From assembly GCA_043228905.1 (NCBI GenBank), contig JBHGNT010000003.1:20832001-20896000 (forward strand): a DNA stretch of 64,000 nt, written 5' to 3'. Origin of the DNA: Azolla caroliniana (lineage: Eukaryota; Plantae; Polypodiophyta). This document shows positions 1-11,611 of the stretch, piece after piece (position 1 is the first letter of the stretch; each line of letters opens with the position of its first letter). Under the pieces are notes generated by a model that was given only the letters and a program-made list of their open reading frames with translations, was not told the origin of the DNA and made no database searches. The position numbers were made by a program, and so were the translations under genes.

Positions 1-313
1 TTTGCAAAGAAACCATTCTGGCTTCTGGGAAACCACTCCTTCCTGCAAAAGCCGTCCTAGCTCTGTTTTGAGGCAAAGGCTCACGATTAGCAGGGGAAAT
101 GGAATGATTGGGAAGAAGCGGTAAAGAAGTCGCGCCTTCTAGGGATTCGACTGTGTAGAAAGACTGTCCAGAAGAGAGGCTCGAGTGGGAAATAGGGTTA
201 AGGCTAGGGTTAGTTCGTCCAAATGGGTCTCTGTTGTTTCTAGCGATGGCGCGTATGTAGGATGGGTGAAGCGGATCGAAGGGTCGCTGAGGATCCATGG
301 AGATACAATACAC

Positions 314-357
<44 letters not shown>

Positions 358-761
358 CTGCCTCTGCCTCTGCGCGGATCTGCGCTAGGCCAGAAAACCT
401 AACCCTAAAAACAGAGCAGGATGAAGAGAGAAATCCTGATGAATAAAGAGAAAAAAAAGCAGGAGAGAAGAGAAACAGAGGAGAGTGGGAGTCCAAGTTT
501 TCCAAAATCTCCAAACATACCCCTGCCAAGGATTTCAAAATTCCCAAGCTAAAATTTGCCCCTCTTATCTTTCTCCCTTGGTTAAATAATTGCATATTAT
601 ACTTATCTTTGCTAATTAGGTACTAATTATATGTGTAACTAGCCCTAATTATCTAAGTGATTCTTAATCATGTTGTTGTATGTGGCCTGTGAGGAGGGAG
701 GAAATTTTCTAGAACCCAAGTTATATAATACGTTGACAGAACAACTAAAATGAACTAACGG

Positions 762-816
762 TGTCGTGAAGATTTTCGGCAACGGTGAGAAAAAGTGAAG
801 AAAAGGGGAATGAGTG

Positions 817-848
<32 letters not shown>

Positions 849-3800
849 GAATTTGTCAGCAACATAGTGGTTAGAACTTAGGGCCATTGAGTGGGTTCAA
901 AAGGGTGCAAATTTTGAGTCTTTATCAATGTGAATCAAGGGTGTTTTATTCCTTTTTCTTTGAAAGGAAGGAGGGAATAATTATTCAAATTCCAAAGGTA
1001 GGCTTATCATCTCTATATAATGGGGAAACAAGAGCTTTTTTAGAGGTCGCCCAAATTTTTGAGAGGAGGGTGTACCAATTAGTTCTAGGTTTTCCTCTTT
1101 TTCTTTAGGGTTTGGCTATCGCCTCATTTCGGAACTTGAGGTGTACCTTTAGGTTAGGGTTCCTCTTCATCTGAGGGTTTTCTACTTAGTTCTTCTTCAC
1201 CCTACTTCGTTTTAGGGTTTTGTTCTAGGTCTTTTTCTTCATCTTCATGTGGTCATTTAAGTTTCTTCTCTCTACTTTCGATGTAGGGTTTCGGTTTTCT
1301 TCACGTGAGTTAGGGTTCACGAGTCTTGGGTTTTTGGGTTTTACCTTCTTCTTGGTTGAGTTAGGGGTTTTCTTCATATGGTCGTTTAGGTTTCTTCTGG
1401 CGTAGGGTTTTGGTATTCTTCGCATGAGTTAGGGTTCACGAGTCTTGGGGTTTTGGGTTTTACCTTCTTCTTGGTTGAGTTCGGGGTTTGGTTTGAGGTT
1501 TTCTGCAATGGTGGCTCTTTCGACATTTCAGTGGCGGTCTCCTCGGAGGTTCAGGCGTCCTGTCCACGATGGAGTGTGTTTCAATGCAGTGGTTGGTTTC
1601 AACAACAACGGGTTAACTTGGTGGCTTGTCGTCGAAGGGAAACTTGTATGGGGCATGTCCTAATATCCCCATCACGATAGGCGATGTCGAGATAGATCAA
1701 CATTTTTTTGTTCAAGATTCGGCGTCCCATCCTATCATTCTTGGGCAACCGTACATAACATCATCTCGGATGGAAACCAAAGTGTTCGACAATGGTGCAG
1801 CATTTGCTCAAGTAAGGAGTCTTGATGGGAAGAAGGTCGTACACTTCTTGACTGTACGTGCCAACCACAAAAGGATTTGGGATTGTCTCGGAGAAGAGGA
1901 TTCGGATTTTTAGGATGGGCTATTTGCAAGAGGGGGGTGAATAGTCCAAACAAGTGTATGCCCCAAGAAGATAGAAAAGCTCGTGAATTTGCGAAAGGAG
2001 GGTTGCGCGTAGCCCCTAATGGAGTGTGCAAAATCAACATGTTTGACAAAGAAGAGAAGTCTCGGATGCAAAGCTTCGAGGAAGCTTTAAGAGAAGAACA
2101 AATATTGGGAAGTGATGAAAACATCGAATGGGTAATGGAGGAAGCCTCATTTAACGACACCATTGACGAAATAGAGAATGTCGTGGACTTGAGCCCTCAT
2201 AGCCAGTGATCAATTCAAATAAAGTCCATCAACATGTATGTTGCCATTGACGAGTATAGTCGAAGTATCATGGCAGAGAAAGTCGAAGTCAATACGAAAT
2301 ACAAGACGGTGGACAAGAAAGTAAAACCTGTTGCTATTCTGATGCCTGAGGATAGCTGGCAAAGAATGAAGGAAGTTGCGCGGGATCCAAGCTTACGAGA
2401 TCTGAGAGGAATCGGACATGCCTTCACTAAAGAGACAAGAGAAAAGCTTCGTGTTGGGAAAGAGGAATTTCTCTTGCCAGAAGAGGAAGTCGCATTTCGG
2501 GAAATGCTTGAAAGACATGGGAAAGCATTTGCTTTCTATTCGAATGAAATCGAATGCGCCGATCCAAAGATAATAGAACCGATGGTGATATTCACAATAC
2601 CACATGTGTCGTGGAACCTGAAACTGATACCAATCCCAAAAGCACACATTCTGAAATTAATCAAGCTCTTGAAAGAGAAGGTCGAGATGGGAATTCTGGA
2701 GCCTTCAAATGCCCCTTACTCGAATAGGTGGTTCACGGTACCAAAGAAGAATGGAACCTTAAGGTTCATACAAGATCTTCAACCAGTGAATAAAGTGATG
2801 ATCCGCAATGTCGGGATCGGTCCAAGTATCGATGAGTTCGCAGAAGCATTTGCGGGAAGGTCCATTTATTCTATTGGTGATCTCTACTTAGGCTACGATC
2901 AGTTTCAACTAGCAGTCGACAACAAAGACAACACAACAATGAGGACTCCGATTGGATTGGTACGGATGTGCACCCTACCTCAAGGCGCAACCAACTCTGT
3001 AGCACACATGGTAAATGCCCATGAACAAAGTACTAAGAGACTACATCCCAGATATTACGATGCCTTTCCTCAATGATATCCCTATAAAAGGGTGCCCTGA
3101 ATCAGAAAAGGACAAGTCTTTTAGATCAAGATGGATGTTGAAGATTTGTTTCAAACCATATTGAAGACTACGAGAGAGTGCTACAAAGACTAGAAGGAGT
3201 CGTGCTCACATTTTCCGGAGAAAAGTCGGCATTTGGCCAACGCGAGGTCCTAGTAGTGGGACATCTTTGCGGATCATATAGACGGAAACCCTCTCCTAAG
3301 AAGGTGAATGTTATTCAGGAGATGTGAGAAGAATGTATATCCCAGACATAGGTGCGAAGATTCTTGGGAGCGTGTGCCTTTTATTATATCTAGATTCCGC
3401 ACTACGCTCATGTCGCCGAACCATTATATGGATTGCTAAAGAAAAGAAAGAAGTTCGAATGGCAAGAGGAGCATACAAACGTGATGCGAAGATTGAAGAA
3501 ACTACTTCTTGAAGCTCCAACGCTAAGAAAGGCCAACTATACTGAAGGAAAACCGATTTATGTGACAGTGGATACAAGCCCAACCAGAATTGGGTGGGTC
3601 ATCAACCAAGAAGGAGAAGATAGTGCATAGTATGCCATCCGGTTGGGAGCAAAGGTCCTCAGCGAACGACAATAAGGATATGCCCAAGTCAAGTGGGAAC
3701 TTTGGGGTATTGTGTCTGCAGTGAAGGTAGACAAAGACTACCTAATCGGATCGGAAGTGATAATTGAGACGTATTGTCTCCCAATCCTCGGGATGATCTT

Positions 3801-5275
3801 AGGGTGTGCGACACCAGATCGAGCTATGCTAAGGTGGATCACCTATATCAAGTCTTAAAACCCAAAAAACCGCCACATTGCGGGAAAGAACAATGCCATG
3901 GCTGACATGCTATCAAGAGCAAGATTCGAGAATGAAAGTGACATGGTTTTTGAAGATGAAGACGTCACCCTCGACTTCTTGAAGACGGCCCGACTGTCGG
4001 CGGAAGACAAGGACACGCCAAACCTCCACGCCTTCAACGAGAACGAGTACGAGGGAGAGTGGTTATTGATCGACAGGTTGTTGAGAACAATGACGGCAGA
4101 TGCTTCATGGACGAAGGAGGAGGCTCTATGAATTCGGAAGAAAGCTTACCAATACTTTCTGAAGGGAGAATTCCTCTAGCGGCACCCACAGAGAAGGACA
4201 GGAATGTCACGTCGAGTAGTGGTGAAGAGAGAAAACCAAGCAACACTGATGTCTGAATTCCACGAGAGTCCTTGGGCAGGTCATAGAGGAACATGGGCGA
4301 CATTTGAAAAGCTGAAGGAGAAGTACTGGTGGCCGAGCATGTATAAAGATGTACTTCATTTCGTGTCCATATGCAAAAACTGCCAAGTACATTAGAACGT
4401 CACCGTGATGAGTTACGACCGACACACCCACTCACCATACACTTCAAATGGATGGTGGATCTGGTCTCGATGCCAATGGGATTGGGACAGATGAAGTACT
4501 TGGTACTGGCCAGCAAAGCTTATGTATGGGCAAAAACCGGTAATGCCCATCGAAAAGACTATCGCCTCTTGGGTAGCGATACCATGGGAGAGCGAGATGA
4601 CCCGACTAGGATTACCAGGCATTAAGCTCTCCCTCCCGATTGCCTACAATCTGGAAGCAAATGGGAAGATCGAGCGAGGGCATGGACCAATAGTCAAAGC
4701 CATCGTACAAGCATGTGACGGTTGAGTCGGGAATTGGCTGCGACTATTGCCCTATGCCTTGTGGGTCGATAGAACTACACACAGTTCTGTGACAGGGTAT
4801 ATGCCAACAGAACTTATGTATGGGCAAAAACCGGTAATGCCCATCGAAAAGACGATCGCCTCTTGGGTAGTGATACCATGGGACAGCGAGATGATCCAAG
4901 AAGGATTACTAGCGGCACGAATAAGGCAGCTCAAAAGAAGACCTGAAGATCTAGAAAATGCATGAAAGATAATGGAGGTAGCCCGAGTGAAGAACAAGAT
5001 TCGGTTCGACAAGACACATCGACTACATCCCAAGAAAATCAAAGAAGTAGATTGGGTATTGGTCTAGGACAACAACCTTGACAATCAACACAGGACAACA
5101 AGAAAGTTTGCGAGAAGGTGGTTCAGACCGTATGTGGTGACGTATTGGAGGACGTGCGGTTTGGTGGGAGTGGATCTCGTGAAGATTCTCGGCAACGGTG
5201 AGAAAATCACGTAAAAATGAGAAAACCGAGAAGGGTTCACTTTCGCGCTTCTCTCACTATTTCTTCTCAGAGAGT
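762..5275 (+). mobile_element. Element E1: degraded Trp-family Ty3/gypsy LTR retrotransposon (gag deleted, 3' LTR truncated)
   Basis: LTR start TGTCGTGAAG at 762, preceded by ACGG. PPT-like GGTGGGAGTGGA, then a second LTR start TCTCGTGAAGATTCTCGGCAACGGTGAGAAAA at 5175. Internal PR C-terminus, RT, RH and IN fragments homologous to elements B and C. Confidence 0.85.
1640..5145 (+). pseudogene. E1 protease C-terminus and pol (RT/RNase H/integrase) with many stops and frameshifts
   Basis: ORF fragments IGDVEIDQHFFVQ, RMCTLPQGATNSVAHM, VTVDTSPT, HESPWAGHRG, NGKIERGH align by eye with B and C proteins. Confidence 0.9.
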
Positions 5276-5279
5276 TATG

Positions 5280-5405
5280 GTGATCCAGCCTTCGACAATC
5301 AAAAGCAAGTAATCCTGGGACCGACAAGACTTCAACAAACATGGATCTTAGACACTCCATTGAATTCCTGCATTATCGATACCATAAGTGAAGATTTGAA
5401 GACGG
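5280..5405 (+). pseudogene. Chromovirus E pol fragment left of the element A insertion
   Basis: DPAFDNQKQVILGP...SEDLKT matches chromovirus D pol (EAAFESQKQILLGP...REQIVT). The frame continues at 23465 as DVFAQA. Confidence 0.8.
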
Positions 5406-6184
5406 TGTCGTGAAGATTCCGTGCCATAGTGAGAAACCGGGGAATATCAGAAGAATCGGCGGAGTGCATCATGTGCACTTACCCTTGTAAAAACGTGTGA
5501 ATAATAGGGGTGCCTTTATGGCGCCGAGTAGGAGTTAATTCTGGACAGAGGATCCCATGTAATAAGGAATTTATCCCACATTGTTACGCATCCCTCTCCT
5601 TGTTTTATAAAAGGAAGGGAGCGCCCCTTGTAAAAGGGTTGCCCATTTTGAGTTAGGAGGGTATACCACTTAGGTCTAGGGTTTGGTAATGTTCTTCTTC
5701 TTCATCTTATTCTTGTTCCCTTAGGGTTTCTACTTTGGTCTTTCACCCTATTTCGTTTAGGGTTCCATCTTGGCAGCTTTCTTCTTCGTCTTCTCACTTC
5801 CTTGTTTTCGGTTAGTTCTTCGACTTCTTGTCTATTTAGGGTTTAGTCCGGTGATGAGCTTGTATGTTCAGTGGGATTTGCTTCTACTCAGTCTCCTATG
5901 CAAGACCCCACTTGGCGCGACGAGCTCGAGAGCTCCCCGTTCGGCGGCTTGGCAGTAGACGGCTGTTGTAACCTAACCTACCTTGGTCCGGCTTAGAGCC
6001 GGAGTTGTATCTTGCTCTTGTACATACATATATATATGGAGTGAAGTTCTGTGCATTTGTGTCTGTGTCGATGTCTTTGGAGTTCCTTCTTTCTAGTTTC
6101 TGTACATAGGATGCGTGTGTCTAGTCAGTGTCGCGTGCACACCCTTTTTCCCTCTCTCATACGGTTGCTCCCAATACGTATCCG
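5406..6184 (+). repeat. Element A 5' LTR (3' end, PBS and gag start deleted)
   Basis: Direct repeat of 10167-10927 plus 23307-23325, then jumps into gag at EAHSSWEAF. Confidence 0.9.
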
Positions 6185-6947
6185 AGAAGCTCATAGTTCG
6201 TGGGAGGCCTTCGAAGAGGCGCTCCTGGAGGCATATGGAGGACGGCAGAAGAGCCGGGGACGACATGACTTCGACCAATGGGTAGCATCGGCGAAGACCC
6301 ACCGAGGCGCAACGAAGGCGTTCCGAGAGTTTGAGCGGCGGCTTGCTCGGCTCCCGGAGCGGGAACAAAGTCTGGTGGGGGCGGACAAAGTCCCGTTATT
6401 CGTTAGGTTGATCAATCGAGCGGAACAGGAGGCCATCGGGATTGATCTCCAAGACGATGACGGAGCGAAAGGCCTTACCGAGGACTGGTCGGAAGTCGAA
6501 CGAGTATGTCGATGGTTGAATGAGGAGCGGTCCGCGAAAGGAAACGGGAAGATAACGCACAATGACGTGTCATCACGACAGGAAGCGGGCATGCAACAAG
6601 AAGGATCGGTGAAGCTCGATGCCGAAGCCTTGGTCCGGGAAGCGTTCGAGGCTCTGAAAGCGATGGTTGAAGAAGAAGAGAGATCTGACACGCGGTCGGA
6701 TTTCGAAGACTCAGAGCAAGTTGGTCTTCTCGACAAGGCGGACAAGGCCCAGGCAAAGGCCGAAGAATGGTACGACGGTACCATGGGAGAGGGTGCGGAG
6801 CAAGACACCCTCTCGACTCGCGGAGGAAGACTGACCAAGGATAAGGTCGGATTCGGGGAGATAACGATCGCAGGTTCGGAAAGAGACCGGTGGTTTAGGG
6901 TTACCTCACACCGGGCTAGAGACTTCGGCGGTCGGCATCGGATCTGA
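6185..6947 (+). pseudogene. Element A capsid-like Gag fragment
   Basis: WEAFEEALLEAYG...FDQWV...FERRLARL...GLTEDWSEVERVC aligns with B Gag (WEEFEGQLLEKYG...GLTTDWAAVKRVC). No CCHC knuckle follows. Confidence 0.8.
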
Positions 6948-9790
6948 CGTAAGACCAAGATACTAACGGTGGCGGCAGGAGAACGGGACCCGACAATGCG
7001 GAGTGACGGATGGGCCTGGATGAGAACCGGGCTGGAGCGGACTTCCAGATAACCGATCCAGAGATTTGGAAGGGAGGGAGAAGCAGGCCTGCGAGGAGGC
7101 CGGAAACACGGTACATCGGTACCACGGGAGGGGGTGCGGAGCAAACCACCCTCTCGACATGCGAAGAAGGACGACCTAGGACGAGGTTGGGAAGACAAAT
7201 CGGGGGCCTAAGGAGGATCCTTCACACCGGATCTAGAGACTTCGGCAGTCGGCAGCGGAGCCGACGTAAGACCAAGAGACTAACAGTGGCAGCGAGGGGA
7301 CGAGGGCAAACGTAGTGGATGGGAGATCCTACGACGATCCTCACACCGATCCGGAGACTCCAACGGTCGGCCCGAGAGCCGGCGTGAGACCTAGGGAGAA
7401 GGACGGTGGCGGCAGGTGAACAGGATCCCATGATACGGCGTAGAAGTGCGGATGGGCGATCCTAAGGCGATCCTCACACCGATCCAGAGACTCCGACAGT
7501 CGACCCGAGAGCCGGCGTGAGACCTAGAGAGATGGACGGTGGCGGCAGGTGAACGGGATCAAGAAGAAGGGCGAAAACGGCAAAGGGGAGGTCCCACTGA
7601 GACACTCACACCGATCCGGAGACTCTAGCAGCCGGCGACACGAGCCGGCGTGAGACCTAGAGAGATGGACGGTGGCGGCAGGAGAACATGATCGGATGAG
7701 GGAAAGCGAAACGCAAAGTGGAAAGAGGTATCAGGCCGGCGACGCAGCCACGAACCGGATATGGACCCGACCGATAGAGTCGGCAAGACAAAGATCGGAC
7801 GCGCTCGGTACACGAGTCGGTGACCCAACAAATCAGAGGCCCAAGAAGGATCCTTCACACTCGTCCGGAGACCCCGACAGTTCGGCCGATGTGGTAACGT
7901 GAGACCGAGGGTAATGGAAGGTGGTGGCAAGGGGACGAAGGCGGCAACAGCAGAAGCACCGAATAATCGAGGCGTCTCGCAAACGAAGGAGGCCATGCGG
8001 GCCGGAACGCGGCGAGGGTGATCTTCCGGTAAGCTATCGGGAACACCGGTCAGGGAGCGGTGCGCAGAGCCGGAAAGGGCACACCCGAAAGCGGATTGGA
8101 AGACTTGCGTGTGGCCATCGAGGGCTAAAGCAAAGCACGGGTACAGGACGACGTTCGACATAGGCGGTGCTGAACAAGGAAGGCGGAAGACGACGCACGG
8201 CGGTGCCGGGAACGAGAGGACGAGCGCGTAACAGACAACGTGGACTGGAGATCGGAAACAGGATCGAGGGCCGGAGAAGGATCCTCCACGCCCGCTTCGG
8301 AGATCTCAGAGGCTCAGTCAGAGTGGTAACGACTGGCATGGCAGGCCAAACCCAAGGTAGCAAGCTGGTGGGTGCGAGGGGGACGACGCCAAGCGGAAGG
8401 CTCCGAACCGGTGGTAGCAACGGAAGACGAAGGTGGCCAAGCAGGCTACTACGGGGTGTTCCTCGTACGTTGTCAGGGTAGTTGTGGTTCGTGCGGCGAG
8501 GTCGTAGGGACCAAGGTTAAAGGGAGTTCGATAAATTTTAATAAGGCTTGTGAGCTGATGATAGAAAGATTAAGGATAGGATGGAGAAGAGTTAGAAGTA
8601 ATATGAGAGAGACAGATGAGCATAGATAAGAGATAAGAGACAATGTATGATTTAAGAAGTGAAATTGTATTATAAGAACAAGCTTTATATTAACAACACA
8701 ATATTTTACCAAAGTAATATGATAGAAAGATTAAGGATAGGAAGGAGAAGAGTTAGAAGTAATATGAGAGAGACAGATGAGCATAGATAAGAGATAAGAG
8801 ACAATGTATGATTTAAGAAGTGAAACTGTATTATAAGAACAAGCTTTATATTAACAACACAATATTTGACCAAAGTTACAATGTCGATCACAAGATGAAA
8901 CCCTTCTCTACTAACTCTTGATATGAACCCTCGACTTCAACTCCGAGAGACAAGACACTTCCCAAATGCGCTAGCTTCTTTGCTTGATTATATTATTTGA
9001 TTTCTTACTTTCTCTTCTTGATTACCATGTTTTCCCCTTTTTATATAAGTGTTGCCATGCATATGGTAATGTATGGGAGCATGGCATGCATGCAATGCAT
9101 GAGTTACATGTAATGCATGATCGCCATTTGGCGCACATGCATTGCATGTGATGCATGATGGCTATGTATGAAAATAGATATTGGGATAAGTATAATGATG
9201 AAAATGTGTTTTAAAATAACTAACCTAGCTTAGTGTTGTATGCTTTGTGTTTGGTATACAAGGTTGAGAGTTCAAGTCTCTATATTTTACTCAATACAAT
9301 ATATAGCTTCTTTCTTATATCATGAAGCACATTGTTTTAGAAACTTTTACAAATAAATAGCTTAGCCTAGTGGTATGTACATTGTACTTCGTATATAAGG
9401 ATGTGGGTTCAAGTCTCTCAAATATTATTAAATACAATATTTAAGCTCATTTTTATATCGTGAAGCACACACATTCTTCACGACACCGCAGAGGACACCA
9501 GTATGCGGAGAAGCAGCAATGCATGATTTGGTCGGGCGAGGGCCGACGACGTGTGCATGGGAAGTAACCAGAGTTCGGCACGGGCGGAGCTGAACACAGG
9601 AAGGGGATGCGCGGCACACGGAGGTGCTAGAGCAGAAATACAGGCACGAAGATGGGTTGCTGGTCCAGGTGATGTCATGTAGAAGGCCAGAGAGGGATCC
9701 TCCACACTGGTTCTGGAGACCTTGGCAGTTCGGCTACGGTGGCAACGTAAGACCAACTTAGGAGAAGGTAGGTGGCGGTGAGGGGACGAA
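6768..9790 (+). repeat. Dispersed ~90-bp repeat array (about 8 copies) with variable spacers in element A
   Basis: Consensus-like GATCCTCACACCGATCCGGAGACTCC...CGTGAGACC...GGTGGCGGC at ~6900, 7216, 7336, 7469, 7604, 7849, 8280 and 9696. Second unit GGTACCA(T/C)GGGAG(A/G)GGGTGCGGAGCAA..CACCCTCTCGAC at ~6777 and ~7119. Confidence 0.8.
8471..9485 (-). mobile_element. Solo LTR of a Trp-family gypsy element inserted in element A
   Basis: Minus strand begins TGTCGTGAAG and ends CCTGACA. AT-rich block interrupting sequence that is contiguous in element J. Flanks ACGT/CCGC (imperfect 4-bp TSD). Internal ~160-bp tandem duplication (~8557-8875). Confidence 0.75.
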
Positions 9791-10166
9791 GGCGGTGGAG
9801 ATCAATGCGGAACGAGAATCGGGACAACGCGAAGGTCGATGGAGGCCAAGTGGGCCATCGCAAGTGCTCCTCGGACGGAGGACACCGCGTATCCGAAGGG
9901 ACAAGAAGCATGCATGCGGTCGAAAGAAGGGGGGCAACGGGGAAGCACGCGCACTACGAGATCACAACGAACGACCTATCGACGGGTTGAACGAGCCTAC
10001 GGAGAGGCAAGTGCGGACAAGGAACCAGAGCCAACGGTTCGGACCGGCATGGCCAACACGGAGTCCAAATGCGGATTACAGAAGGCCGGTTCCTCATTGG
10101 TCGAAATCTCTCACCCTTCTCTGAACTTGGCACGTACCGATGGATGTGCTGTTTAGTGGGGGCGGA

Positions 10167-10927
10167 TGTCGTGAAGATTCCGGGCCATAGTGAGAAACCG
10201 GGGAATATCAGAAGAATCGGCGGAGTGCATCATGTGCACTTACCCTTGTAAAAACGTGTGAATAATAGGGGTGCCTTTATGGCGCCGAGTAGGAGTTAAT
10301 TCTGGACAGAGGATCCCATGTAATAAGGGATTTATCCCACATTGTTACGCATCCCTCTCCTTGTTTTATAAAAGGAAGGGAGCGCCCCTTGTAAAAGGGT
10401 TGCCCATTTTGAGTTAGGAGGGTATACCACTTAGGTCTAGGGTTTGGTAATGTTCTTCTTCTTCATCTTATTCTTGTTCCCTTAGGGTTTCTACTTTGGT
10501 CTTTCACCCTATTTCGTTTAGGGTTCCATCTTGGCAGCTTTCTTCTTCGTCTTCTCACTTCCTTGTTTTCGGTTAGGGTTCTTCGACTTCCTGTCTGTTT
10601 AGGGTTTAGTTCAGTGATGAGCTTGTATGTTCAATGGGATTTGCTTCTGCTCGGTCTCCTATGCAAGAACCCACTCGGCGCGACGAGCCCGAGAGCTCCC
10701 CGTTCGGCGGCTTGGCAGTAGACGGCTGTTGTAACCTAACCTACCTTGGTCCGGCTTAGAGCCAAAGTTGTATCTTGCTCTTGTACATACATATATATAT
10801 GGAGTGAAGTTCTGTGCATTTGTGTCTGTGTCGATGTCTTTGGAGTTCCTTCTTTCTAGTTTCTGTACATAGGATGCGTGTGTCTAGTCAGTGTCGCGTG
10901 CGCACCCTTTTTCCCTCTCTCATACGG
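10167..10927 (+). repeat. Element A 3' LTR, left part (remainder 23307-23460)
   Basis: Near-identical to 5406-6164; split by element B. Confidence 0.92.
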
Positions 10928-11571
10928 TGTCGTGAAGGAAACCGTCCACAAGCGGAATCGGTGTACCGGAGCGTAGAAACCGACTCTTCATGCACGTGCG
11001 CCTTAAGTTGTACATAGGAGATACTAGGTAGATTCGGTAGGTAGGGAGTAAAGGGGAAACGGCTCCTTCCTTGCCTATAAAAGGAGGGAGACGAGGAGGG
11101 TAGAGAGGGAGCGCGGAGAGTCGAGGACGAAGTGCTGTCGGTTTGCGTGCGAAGGCTTCTCACTCTCTCTCTCTTTCCTGTTGCAAACGCCATAGCTTCC
11201 TTCTGTGCAGGTTTCGGGAGGCTCGCGCTGCTCTGAGGAATGCCCGAGTGCTTCCGGCAGCACCTCCAACCTACTCTTTCCCCTCTGTGCGTTTACGAGC
11301 AGGTATCGGCACCTGTTCGCCGGCCTATTTGGTTGTAACCGACTTCGTGTTTGTTGTCTTCGTGTTCTTGTTGTTTGTCTTGTCAATACATACATACTTT
11401 CGTGTCTTTCTGTGTCGCTGTCCCATTCGCGTCTTTGCGTCGAAGGGCCGTGTCCCTGTCAATCTACGCTCGCACGTAGTGGGTCTCTTCTCTTTCTCTC
11501 TTACTCTTCGGTACAGGACCCCCGAGGTGCCGCCTCATTCCACGCCTCCGCGAGGAATACCTCGACATATT

Positions 11572-11589
11572 TGGTGAACCCGACGTGAA
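11572..11589 (+). promoter_or_regulatory. Primer binding site complementary to tRNA-Trp (element B)
   Basis: TGGTGAACCCGACGTGAA, 4 nt after the LTR end. Complement of the plant cytosolic tRNA-Trp 3' end (TTCACGTCGGGTTCACCA, recalled). Identical sites in C and J. Confidence 0.88.
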
Positions 11590-11611
11590 GGAGGCGGCAG
11601 AAGAGCAGAAG

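Noticed and set aside
1-757. Gene or defined element at the window start
   Set aside because: Contains (CT)n and telobox-like motifs but no boundaries or coding signal that can be supported.
7336-7700. CRISPR array
   Set aside because: Repeats are ~90 bp, degenerate and irregularly spaced, in a eukaryotic retroelement with no cas genes. Kept only as a repeat-array finding.
6191-8481. Long overlapping ORFs on both strands as novel genes
   Set aside because: GC-rich, stop-poor repeat sequence with no recognisable domains, and frames are not conserved between A and J.
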